Shown here in pieces: positions 10,301 to 20,727 of a stretch of DNA of 64,000 bases (positions are counted from its first letter, which is position 1; every line of letters starts with the position of its first letter). Under the pieces are notes generated by a model. That model saw nothing but the letters and a program-made list of their open reading frames with translations, was not told the DNA's origin and did not search any database. A program made the translations under genes and the position numbers. The stretch is from assembly GCF_964188315.1 (NCBI RefSeq), contig NC_135673.1, positions 31,806,001-31,870,000 of the forward strand, in the 5' to 3' direction. Source of the DNA: Podarcis muralis (Eukaryota).

Positions 10301-13300
10301 GCAGTAGGGAGCTATTTTTAGTTTTTGGAGAAACCTTAACTAACACACAGATTGGCTAAGTTAACAGGACAGCCTACAAGAGTTGTTGGCTGGTATCATT
10401 CTCATCCCCACATAACAGTTTGGCCATCACACGTAGGTAAGAGTTTTCTTCTGGGTAAGACGTGTCCATCATCCAATATATGCTGACTTGGGGTGGGCTA
10501 CTTTTTAAGGGGGTGAGATACCTGAAAGATTTTGTACGTATGTATATGAGAGAGAGAGAGAGAATATTTAATGTAAGGATAAGATCTTGTGACAGGGGGA
10601 GCCTTCATTTTCCTACCAGGCAGGACCTGTATGAGCTGAATGCTCCTGGCAAAGAATCTTTGCTGATTACAATAGACTTTTGGGGATGAGTGCACTTCTT
10701 TTGCTCCATTATAGAAACATAGGAAGCCGGCTCAGGCCAAGTCAGAACACCGATCACTTAGCTCAATATTTGTCCACACTGACTGGCAGTGACTCCCCAG
10801 ACCAACATATTAATGCTGGAGATTGAACCTGAGACCTTCTGTTTGCAAAGCACACACCACAGCCCTTTTCTTACCTGACTTGGGAAGAAGGAAATGCAGA
10901 AAAAACTGGTGTGTGTGTCCCCACCGAAAAATATATATATAAAAATCTCACCATCTAAGGCATCAGGCTCATATTTATATGGTTTCCCTACAAAGTTTTA
11001 CTTGAAACACAAGATGTTATGAATATCCATTGGCTACTTGAAGCGTGATCGGCACATGTGTACAGTTTCATTGGTTAATAAAACCATGCTCCTATCTGCA
11101 CACACAGTACTATGGCAACAGGTAGGTTTTAGCAAAGTTGCATTTTTAGCTTGGCCTACAAACCATAATAGCTAGGTGTGACCTTCTATTCCTCACTTAC
11201 TACTGTCCACCTTGGAGACTCTTATGTTTGAGTTACTGTTTCATTTCCCCTTTGAAGTTCCCTGCTCTTACTCCTCAAGGCCACCTAATGCTTGCTGTTG
11301 TGTGCCAAGTGATAACGAAGCGAGAGCCCCTAAGAGGATTGGTAGACTGAGACAAGAGAAGAAATGGTTTTTATTCACAGAAGAGGGTCGGAGAGAAAAG
11401 GGGGAAAGTGCAGTTTAAGCAAAAGGGGAGAAAGCCATCCCTCCCCCCCAAAAAAACAGGGAGAGGAAGAGCCCCAAGATCGAAATATATAAATAGAGCC
11501 CAAAGATGCAGCAGGAGATGATTAAATAAGGGACTCCCAGGGCTGTCTTAGATTTGACTGTAATCTTGCTTTTAGAGGCTTACATCAGGGGTGGGCAAGG
11601 TTTACCTTGGTTGGGCCAGTTCACTTCAGCAGAGATCCCTCCGAGGGCTGGATTGTGCATGTGCGTGAGTGCGCCCACCTGCGATTTCTGGCATCTGTGT
11701 CTGCGCAGATGCAATTTCCGGTGTCTGTGCAGACGCAATTTCCAGCACCACGGAAGTGAGTCCCCGCGCTGCACTGTGCCAGTTTAGCACAGCGCGTGGG
11801 GACTCGCCGAGTGGGCCAGCTTGGTTTGGAGGTGGCTCGTGGGCCAGTTAAACGCCCCCCGTGGGGTGCTTGTGTCCCATGGGTCTTAGGTTGCCTACCC
11901 CTGGCTTACATTATTGTATGGTAACTTTCGTTTTCAAATGTCATACAAATCTCTTCTCCAATGCTCTCTGCTGCGCCTGGAAAAAAAGGACATCTGTGAT
12001 CTTTCCTTGTCTGGCTTGATCTTTCACACTGATGATCCAGTGGCTTCTGTTAAGCCAGGAAATGTAGAATTTGTAATTTGTTTTGCCAATTATATGCCTG
12101 CAGACCTCTGCACACAAGCGATGTATCAGATGATGGACCAAGACTTTGTGGGGCTTATCTTTTCCTGTTTCAATGATGACAAAAACACAAAGGTAAATAA
12201 ATGACACCCATTCCTGTGTCGTAGCCATTATTGCTCTCTGTTCCTTTCTAAAAAGAATGCACTATTCTTTCACAAGTGGGTTGTGGCCTAATCCAAGGTA
12301 GGTCACAACAGGAGCATTACCACCATGCAAATATATGATTAAAGTTTAAGAAATAGGTCCCCAAATTTCATGCTTGGGTTAAAAGTGGGTCTTGGGTCTG
12401 AAAAGGTTGAAGATCCCTGGACTGGAGATACTTGAAGCAGTGAACTCATACATGATACCTATTGCTTCTGTGGTTTCAATTTCATCATTGTTTGTGAGCT
12501 GAGTGGTTGTAGTCCTGAGACACACAAAATTAAATTAGAGTTGAGGTGTAGACTAGGTCTCTCACTTTCATTTGTTGATGTTATGGTTTGTCACTTTGTT
12601 TTCGGTGATTACACACACATAAATTCAGTGAAACAAGTGCATGAGCTTGGAGAAGGTAATTTGGGTCCCAGCACTTTTCTTAACTACTTGGTCCTTTGTG
12701 TCTTAGAGTGCACACTCTCAAATCCAGGCTCCCTGGCTTTCCCCATATTTGGGTCTGCAGATGTTGCTGAACCACATTAAAAATGGACAGGCATAAAATG
12801 TGGGAAGATACTAAGAGGGTGCATTGGGGAAAGGCAGACTGTCTTCTTTGGAATACCTAAGCATAGACTGAAGTTCCGTTTCTGAGGCACTTAATCTGGA
12901 TTAGGTGGATCGCTAGTGCTGTGGTTTAGAGAACAATAATTGTTGGCGGAATTTAGCAGTGGGTGTTACAATAGGGGACCACAAATGCAAAGATGACATG
13001 CACAAAGTTGTCCAAGAATGACCTGAGAAGGAAATAAAAGAACACATCCCCCCCAATACTGGTATTGACATCAATAGTCACTTATCTCCCATAGTAAACA
13101 GCAACTTCAAGGAAGGGGGCATGGTTTTTGTTGCAACTGCATGTGTGGGTCGTGGAGGGTTTAACCACCCTGCTCAAAAGCAACAGTAATTCTAATTGTG
13201 CACCCACAACTACTATTAAACAAAAACAAAACCCAGGTATATTCATTGGGACAATGAACTTCACATTTGGCAGTATATCACCTAAACAGGCTCCTTCTGC

Positions 13301-13727
13301 AGCAATCCGTCTTCAAGGTGCCATTGGAATGTTTATCATTTAATGGAATGTGAGCTTTAATCTCTGGCTGGAGTGCAGTGGGTGAAATGAAACTCAGTGT
13401 GAAATGGGATGTATGCCTGTACAACTATGTCCACTCAAGCAACAAGACTTCCCTTCCCCACACCTGACTCATTGTGCTAAACCAGTTATGGGGTTTCTCC
13501 CAATCATCCAGAAAAGATTTAAGGAGCACAGGGGCATGGTGGGGGAGAGGGGAAAGTTCCGCTGCATGGAATATCTTAGTTGAATCCCATCCAGTGTGTT
13601 TATTTCCTTCTTCCCTCCCAGCTTCCCAAGTAGTAGGACACCTGAATAGAGTGTCACTACATAGAGATGTGTGGCTCTTTCAGGGTTTGGATAATCAAAC
13701 ATCCGGTTGTATAATAATCTCTTTCCT

Positions 13728-13763
<36 letters not shown>

Positions 13764-16700
13764 TCCTCACATAAATCTGCTGATTATTCCAGACTGGCCG
13801 GATTCTGTTCACCTGTTTCCAGTCCATTCAAGCCCAAAAGAGCTCCGAGTAAGTACTCTGTTAAGTAGGAGGGTTTGGCAACCTCAATGCCTCAGCCTTT
13901 CTCACTTTTCTTTGAACTTCAGCTTCAGTGGTTACTTTTTATGTATAGCAGTGCTGCTATGTTTTAATTCTCAATTCTTCATCTCTAGGCAATTCTGGGT
14001 TCAAAATTCCCATTGTTCTGGGCGCATTTTGCGACGGGATCTCATTAGCAAGAGCAGTTTCTGAGCTCTGGGCATAGTACTGTGTCTAATATTTCAGATT
14101 AAAACTGCGGAGTGGAAGGAGAGGAGCTTTTTCTGCTTCCCACTTCCAGCTACTCTCTGAAAACTGGAGAAGAGACCCGCTTAAGAATAGTAGGGGGGTG
14201 GGCAGAAGAAGGATTAGACCATGTGAAAAATGAACATAATATTTTAGCTACAGTTCGTTCACTTTCATCTTTGTATTCTTGTTATAAAAAAGTGTGCCTA
14301 GACATTCCGTTGTTGTGCCCAGCTGCTTGTATCTTTATAGTTCCTGTTTTTCACCTGGCATCTATGGACGATATAGTGTGCACACTTCTCTAGAGTAAGC
14401 CCCACTTAACACAGTGTGTATGTGCTGTGTATGTTGTGCTCTTCTAGCGTTTACTTCTCTTACTGGGCTGAATGTTGTATAAGTTCTTATTCTTTTTCTG
14501 TTGCATTTTAATACTGTTTTATGGTTTTAAACTTGTATTGATTTTATGTTGTGAATATGTGTGGTGGGAGCTACCTTGGGAGGGTTTGGTCCTAAAAGAC
14601 AGCCAACAAATACTTAAAATTAATAAATAAAAATGACTTCCAACTAAGCACGCTTAGAATTATGCTGTCAAGTCTCCAAAAATGGAACAGTAACACAAAT
14701 ATTCTTCCCCTTGTAGGTATGAAAGGATTGAAATTCCTGTGCATATAATTCCTCACACCACCATGGGGAAAGCGTGTCTTGAGTCAATGATGGAACTCCC
14801 CAGGATCTTGTGTCAAGAGGAGCAAGATGCTTACAGGAAAATCCACAGGTAAAATGAGAGCCAGGCTCCCTTCTTTGCTTTAGTTGGATACCCTTATCAC
14901 TTGCTCTCCTTTGCCATCAAGCACAGTGGTACCTCTGGTTACGAACTTAATTCGTTCCGGAGGTCCGTTCTTAAGCTGAAACCATTCTTATCCTGAGGTG
15001 TGCTTTCGCTAATGGGGCCTCCCACTGTGCGCGCGCCTCCGGTGTGCAATTTCCATTCGCATCCTGGGGCAGAGTTCGCAACCAGGAGCAGTTACTTCCA
15101 GGTTAGCGGAACCTAACCAGAAGCGTTTGTAAACAGAGGTACCACTGTATGGCAGAGGTAGGCAGCTTACAGCCTAAGGGTTCTATGCAGCTCTTGGCCT
15201 AATTTCATTGAGGGGGGACCCAAAGGCGTCCAAAAGCTGACACAGATGGTGGGAGAAAGGGGGCAAGACCTCTCTGCGGCTTTCGATACCATCAAGCATG
15301 GTATACTTCTGGAGTGACTCTCCATACTAGGGGTGGGTGACACCGCTTTACGGTGGTTCCACTCCTACTTGGATGGTCATTCCCAGATGGTGTTGCTTGG
15401 GGAATGCTTTTCAGCCCCATCGAACCTTCAGTGTGGGAGATTGTCTGCTCTTGATGGGGTTATACTTCCTCTCAAGGAGCAGGTTCGTAGCTTGGGGGTA
15501 CTCCTAGATCTTTTGCTGTTGCTTGTGGCTCAGGTGGCCTCAGTGACCAAGAGTGCCTTCCATCAGCTTCAGCTTCAGGTGGTGGAACAGCTACGTCCCT
15601 ATCTGGACAGGGATAGCCTAACTACTGTTGTCTATGCTCTGGTATCCTCAAGGTTAGATTACTGCAATGTGTTATATGTAGGGCTGCCTCTGAAGACGGT
15701 TCTAAAACTTCAGTTAGTGCAGAATTCAGCAGCCAGGTTGTTCACCGGAGCAAGATGGTTTGAGCGCATTACACCGATCCTGGTCCGACTGCACTGGCTA
15801 CCAATTAGCTTCTGGGTCCAATTCAAAGTGCTGGTTTTGACCTATAAAGCCTTAAATGGCTCAGCACCACAATACCTTAAGGACTGCCTCTACCTCAGGC
15901 ATCCCCAAACTTGGCCCTTCAGCTGTTTTGGGACTACAACTCTCTTCATCCCTAGCTAACAGGACCAGTGGTCAAGGATGATGGGAATTGTAGTCCCAAA
16001 ACAGCTGGAGGGCTGAGTTTGGGGATGCCTTCTCTACCTGGACCCTGAGATGATTTTCTGAGGCCCTTCTTTGTGTGCCTCCTCCTTGAGAAGTCCGGAG
16101 GGTGGCAACACAAGAACAGGCCTTCTCTGCGGTGGCTCCCTGTCTGTGGAATGCTCTCCCTAGGGAAGTTCACCTGGCACCTTCATTATACATCTTTAGG
16201 CGCCAGGCAAAAATGTTCCTTTTTAGCAAGGCTTTTGGTTGATTTGATTGACATCCTATTCCCTTTTAAAATGTGGGTTTTTTTGGAAGGGGGGGGGTTA
16301 TTGGGTTGCTGTTCTTATTTTGATTATATATTTTGTGGTTTTATATTTTGATTTTGTTCTGTGAACTGCTCTGGGACCTCTGGGTATAGGGTGGTATATA
16401 AATTCAATTAATCATCATCATTATCATCATCATTTGCAGAAGTAATTTGGCCCTTGCCTGGCAGTCTGCTGGGCTAGAAGAAAGAGGGTTTGAATTAAGT
16501 AAATAATGAAAATGTTGGTTTTGCAGAAGCATCTGCTTGACTACTGTGGGAATCAAGCCACTGGGACAAGAGGGTCTGATCCAGCAGGGTGCATTTCAGA
16601 ATCCCATGTGGACCATGTGGTGACCCTTGCCAGTAGCCAAGTAACCTACTGTGGTCCAGGAAGTGGACATTGACATGAAGTGACCAGGAAGGAAGAACTA

Positions 16701-17974
16701 CCTGGATTGTAGTCTTTATTTTTTTTTGGAGGATGTTGTTTTGTGAAGCCTGATAGAAAACATACTGTGACTTTTGTGTTTTGTGGGAGTGCTGACTTGA
16801 CACCAGTGTGCTCTCTTCCTCCATTTAGCCTTACCCATCTGGATCCCATAACCAAGATCCATAATGGTGCAGGTAAGGATTTCCAGATCAAAAGTACCGA
16901 TGTCACACATTTTGGTACTTGAAACATTTGCAGTCATCAGACTTTGGACCTGGATTGTCAGAGGCTTGGCATTAAACGATAGTTGCTCCACACCAACAGT
17001 TTGAAAAGTGTAGGGAAGCCTCCTCTGTTTAGATGTGAGCAGTTTGCTGAGGGAGTGCATTATCCTTATTATCCCAGTATCATTAACACCCTTCTATGCC
17101 TCGGATTTGGTCTGTATTGTTGATACGCCAAGATTTGGTGTAACTACTTACTCAAGATAGCAGGTATGATATCTTGTTTGCCATAGAGGACAGGGAGGCA
17201 AGCCTTTTGTTTTGCCAGCATGCTAGCCTGAGTACCTTAATGCAAACTTGTCAGTGGTCTTGCTTCTTTCTTTTGATGGGTTTATCATTGCTCTGTGAGC
17301 TATTGATGCCTGTCTTGCCTTCACAGTTAGGTATCTTTAAGCTGTTAAATTTTGAAGGGCTTATATAATTTATAATACCGTATAGGATCAGGCTCTTAAG
17401 TCGGCCTTGGAGTGAATTGAGTGCCAAGGAAATAATAATTTTTATTATTCAACTATTTTACTTTTAAAAGACAACTGAAGGCTGCCCTGTTTAGGGAAGT
17501 TTTTAATGTTTGATGCTGTATTGTTTTTAATATTTGGTTGGAAGCTGCCCAGAGTGGCTGGGGAAACCCAGCCAGATGGGCGGGGTATAAATAATAAAGG
17601 TAAAGGTAAAGGTACCCCTGCCCGTACGGGCCAGTCTTGACAGACTCTGGGGTTGTGCGCCCATCTCACTCAAGAGGCCGGGGGCCAGCGCTGTCCGGAG
17701 ACACTTCCGGGTCACGTGGCCAGTGTGACAAAGCTGCATCTGGCGAGCCAGCGCAGCACACGGAACGCCGTTTACCTTCCCGCTGGTAAGCGGTGCCTAT
17801 TTATCTACTTGCACCCGGGGGTGCTTTCGAACTGCTAGGTTGGCAGGCGCTGGGGCCGAGCAGCGGGAGCGCACCCCGCCGCGGGGATTCGAACCGCCGA
17901 CCTTTTGATCGGCAAGCCCTAGGCGCTGAGGCTTTTACCCACAGCGCCACCCTATTATTATTATCATTATCATT

Positions 17975-18009
<35 letters not shown>

Positions 18010-18260
18010 TACTGGTACACTGACACTCTGCAGAGGGAGATGGTTGTATCTCACTATTTACTGCATTACTTCTTTCCTCGCCAGTGTTCACTAAGAAGCT
18101 CTGCAGCCAGATGTCTGTCATCAGTGGTCCTCTTATGCAGTGGCTGGAGGATCGCTTGAAGAAAAACAAAGAGAGGGTGCAGGAACTGCAGCAGGAGAAA
18201 GAGAAACTTCTGGAGGAACTCGCTGCCTTGGAGGGAGAAGAACAGAACCTCATGGCCTAA
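7254..18260 (+). CDS. BRCC3: BRCC3 (Lys-63-specific deubiquitinase BRCC36, JAMM/MPN+), complete, 269 aa; exons 7254-7358, 9925-10044, 10349-10436, 12104-12192, 13793-13848, 14717-14848, 16829-16872, 18085-18260
   Basis: The 810 nt spliced CDS is open; JAMM residues present (EEVMG; WYHSHPHITVWPSHVD); all junction phases are consistent when intron 2 is read as AT-AC. Confidence 0.97.
9925..10044 (+). CDS. BRCC3: BRCC3 exon 2 (VGASRIVHIHSVIILHRSDKRKDRVEISPEQLSAASTEAE)
   Basis: Acceptor TTTATCCCACAG; followed by U12 donor ATATCCTTT. Confidence 0.95.
10045..10348 (+). other. U12-type (minor spliceosome) AT-AC intron, BRCC3 intron 2
   Basis: 5' end ATATCCTTT; branch point CCTTAAC at 10334-10340; terminal AC at 10347-10348; removal restores E-R-L in frame. 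Confidence 0.93.
10349..10436 (+). CDS. BRCC3: BRCC3 exon 3 (RLAKLTGQPTRVVGWYHSHPHITVWPSHV, JAMM HxH motif)
   Basis: Conserved JAMM peptide; donor G|GTAAGA. Confidence 0.95.
10710..10860 (-). mobile_element. tRNA-derived SINE fragment
   Basis: B-box-like GAGATTGAACCTGAGACCTTCTG and body shared with copies at about 37500-37930, 47270-47365 and 60482-60600; ends approximate. Confidence 0.6.
11586..11903. mobile_element. hAT-type MITE
   Basis: TIRs CAGGGGTGGGCAA / TTGCCTACCCCTG; perfect 8-bp TSD GCTTACAT (11578-11585, 11904-11911); internal degenerate ~24-bp repeats. Confidence 0.85.
12104..12192 (+). CDS. BRCC3: BRCC3 exon 4 ((D)LCTQAMYQMMDQDFVGLIFSCFNDDKNTK)
   Basis: Acceptor CCTGCAG, donor AAG|GTAAAT; completes the catalytic Asp codon G|AC. 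Confidence 0.95.
13721..13765. repeat. (CTTT)n microsatellite upstream of the BRCC3 exon 5 acceptor
   Basis: About 10 tandem CTTT units. Confidence 0.95.
13793..13848 (+). CDS. BRCC3: BRCC3 exon 5 (TGRILFTCFQSIQAQKSS)
   Basis: Acceptor ATTCCAG, donor GA|GTAAGT, 56 nt. Confidence 0.95.
14717..14848 (+). CDS. BRCC3: BRCC3 exon 6 (YERIEIPVHIIPHTTMGKACLESMMELPRILCQEEQDAYRKIH)
   Basis: Acceptor TTCTTCCCCTTGTAG, donor CAG|GTAAAA, 132 nt. Confidence 0.95.
14924..15147. mobile_element. Tc1/mariner-type MITE
   Basis: TIRs CAGTGGTACCTCTG / CAGAGGTACCACTG; TA on the right flank (left flank CA). Confidence 0.85.
15270..16410 (+). mobile_element. L2-clade LINE 3' fragment (RT and C-terminus, internally deleted), interrupted by a hAT MITE
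   Basis: SAAFDTI; LDYCNVLYVGLPLKTVLKLQLVQNSAARL; LHWLPISFWVQFKVLVLTYKALNG; 3' UTR ending in ATC repeats. Ends approximate. Confidence 0.85.
15896..16031. mobile_element. hAT MITE (136 bp) nested in L2
   Basis: TIRs CAGGCATCCCCAAACT / AGTTTGGGGATGCCTT; perfect 8-bp TSD CTCTACCT (15888-15895, 16032-16039). Confidence 0.9.
16829..16872 (+). CDS. BRCC3: BRCC3 exon 7 (LTHLDPITKIHNGA)
   Basis: Acceptor CTCTCTTCCTCCATTTAG, donor CAG|GTAAGG, 44 nt. Confidence 0.95.
17598..17951 (-). mobile_element. Full-length Sauria SINE (second subfamily) inserted into the simple-repeat tail of an older element
   Basis: tRNA head with B box (GGGGATTCGAACC on the plus strand) and (ACCTTT)n tail. Confidence 0.9.
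17952..18010. repeat. (TAT)n/(CAT)n microsatellite
   Basis: TAT repeats grading into about 12 CAT units, 75 nt upstream of the BRCC3 last exon. Confidence 0.95.
18085..18260 (+). CDS. BRCC3: BRCC3 exon 8 (FTKKLCSQMSVISGPLMQWLEDRLKKNKERVQELQQEKEKLLEELAALEGEEQNLMA*)
   Basis: Acceptor TTCTTTCCTCGCCAG; coiled-coil C-terminus; TAA at 18258-18260. Confidence 0.95.
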
Positions 18261-18774
18261 GAAACAGCCAAATGTTCCCAAGTTTGGCTTCATCCTACCT
18301 TGCTTCTTCTCCAGCCCTCCCATCTTGTTGGGTACATTCTGTGCGTGATGCAGCACAGAAGCTTCAGTCAAGCGGTTAAGCTCACCACATAAAACATTTG
18401 TTCAGCAGAAACATTTGTTGTTTACTGTGGACACACAAACATGCACTCCATATACATATGCTCTACATTCAGACATCTGAAGGCAGCCCTGTACAGGGAG
18501 GTTTTTAACGTTTGAGGTTGGAAGCCACCCAGGGCGGCATATAAATAATAAAATTATTGTTATTTCCCCACAGTGAACACAGGCAAATAATAGTTTATAC
18601 CAGTAACGATTCAAAATTCTGTTTCAGTATCCATTATTTTTGTCATTGGTTACATATATCATAATTAAATAGAGAAGTAACAAGGAGTGAAGGAGGAGGG
18701 ATAACCTATGTGCACCAGACTGTATTGTATACTGTATGTACTGTCCTACTATATGCTTCATTGTTTGTGAAATT

Positions 18775-18780
18775 AATAAA
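18775..18780 (+). terminator. Candidate BRCC3 polyadenylation signal
   Basis: AATAAA about 515 nt after the stop, followed by GT/T-rich sequence; another AATAAA at 18547 lies in a repeat tail. Confidence 0.55.
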
Positions 18781-19559
18781 GTTGTACTAAACCACATAAA
18801 AGTTAGCTAAAGAATCATAGTTCTGTTCTTCGTGCTGAGTTCCATTTCTTCATTAACTGTTGGGGAAACGTGGGTGAGTTTTAAAATATATTCTCTCAAC
18901 AGTTTCAGTTCTTTACCCTAGATTCAGACAGTGTTTTTTTAATTAGGGCAACGTTACCTGCTGTGTTAAATGGAGCCTCTGGTCTCTCTGAGCTGTTTTT
19001 CCCCCTTCACTGTATTGAGCCCTGGTGACCATTTTGGAAATGGGCTTGTGATTCTCTGATGATCTGAGACAGAGGTAAAAACCAGTTGTCTAGAGGGCAT
19101 GATTTTCTGGTCCTGCAGCTCATAGCCTGCTTGGGGCTATTAGAAGTTTGAGCAAGACTTCGTTTTGCTGCAAGCAAGGCAAACCTATTTTTGCTTATGG
19201 GGAAAGAAGGAGGAGCAGATCGAAACACCGTCTCGCCTTGGTGATGTCACTGCCCTTGCAAGCTTTTTTTTTATTATTAATTCTTCTACCTCCAGTACTG
19301 GATCTTCCTTAAACAATTATTTCAGCATAGCCAATTTTGTTGCGTAACAATAATTCTTTATGCTAGGTACTGCCATACCTCCGCTGTTTTTTGTTTGTTT
19401 GTTTGTTTGTTTTTGGAGTTTGGCAGCTCCCTTAGGTGGGGTTTGGTTCCATTTGAGATGCTTCATCAATTGCTCCCATTTTGACATTATTTCAGATGGG
19501 GCAACTAATGAAATGTTTAGGCGTATAAATGAATTCTGGGTACTCATCTTTACAGTAGA

Positions 19560-19920
19560 TATTCTCCCATACCATGAGATAGAAAAGGCATTCCAATATT
19601 ATTTAAAGAATTAGAATATTTCAGTATGGGTTCAGAACTCATCAGTTGGACTTGACTTTTGGAGCTCCAGTAATGGAAAATGGAGGTATGTCAGAAACAT
19701 GCAATCTCTCTAGAGGAGCTAGTCAGGGATGTCCTTTATCCCCCCGTGCTCTTTGCCATTGTGATTGAAGCTTCGGCTATAACAGTAAGAGAAAATGTAC
19801 ACATCAATGGGATCTAACATGGCTCTTTAGATACTAAGATAATTCTTTATGCTGATGAAGTGGTTCTCACAGTCTCACCCAAAGAAGATTTATCAAAAAG
19901 TCATAAGGTTATTATCTATA
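19560..19920 (+). mobile_element. Degenerate L1-type RT fragment
   Basis: Remnants of EKAF, QGCPLSPVLFAIVIE and YADEVVL motifs with frameshifts; ends approximate. Confidence 0.7.
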
Positions 19921-19975
19921 ATAGTGAGACATCAGATTTTTTTCCTATGTTTTTTGCTGTTCTTATTTTATCTGT

Positions 19976-20120
19976 AAGGTAAAGGTAAAGGTACCCCTGC
20001 CCGTATGGGCCAGTCTTGCCAGACTCTAGGGTTGTGCGCTCATCTCACTCTATAGGCCGGGGGCCAGCGCTGTCCGCAGACACTTCCGGGTCACGTGGCC
20101 AGTGTGACAAGCTGCAGCTG
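19976..20120 (-). mobile_element. Sauria SINE 3' fragment (same subfamily as 17598)
   Basis: AAGGTAAAGGTAAAGGTACCCCTGCCCGTATGGGCCAGTCTTG nearly identical to 17598-17745. Confidence 0.9.
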
Positions 20121-20152
20121 CCTTAAATTCCTGTTGTTGGGGAATGTGGGGT

Positions 20153-20153
20153 A

Positions 20154-20207
<54 letters not shown>
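20153..20207. repeat. (TAAA)n microsatellite
   Basis: About 13 tandem TAAA units. Confidence 0.95.
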
Positions 20208-20209
<2 letters not shown>

Positions 20210-20727
20210 ACAATAGTGCACAGTGTTATAATGTTTCTGGCCATCTCTTCACAGTGACGTTTTGTTCATAACCATTTCAAAAAGCTGCTGGATAAGATAT
20301 TCTTGGAAGGCTTTTCCTGTCACCACATGGCCCTTGGGGCACAGCTGAGCTAATGTTGATTTTTTAAAAGGGAAGAGCTTTCAAACATTTGAACTTGGAG
20401 AGAAAATGAGGGGAATCTGCAATTGTGTTTGTCTCCGTTGTTTCAAATCAAATACCTTTATTGGCATCACAATATAAAACGTTTCAAATCACTGAGATAA
20501 TTAAAAGGACAAGGGTTATAGGGTCACACTGTGGTCATGTGCACTTAGATATTCTGCCACTCCCTGTCTATTTCCCGAAGGGATGGTTCGTTAGGAACCA
20601 TTTCGGGTAAAATTGTGGCTAAAAAGGAAGCTACTAGAGCAGTGGTATCTTTGTCCCGATCTGCCAGGAGAAACCTCGTTTGATTTCCAGTTGTGGGCTG
20701 GAGGTCCAACATTTTACTCAGCATCAG

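Noticed and set aside
13474-14064. 196-aa plus-strand ORF
   Set aside because: Runs through a (CTTT)n tract and overlaps BRCC3 exon 5 in another frame; TTG start; no protein-like features.
17801-18253. 150-aa minus-strand ORF with a poly-Asp tract
   Set aside because: Composite of antisense BRCC3 exon 8, the (CAT)n microsatellite and a Sauria SINE.
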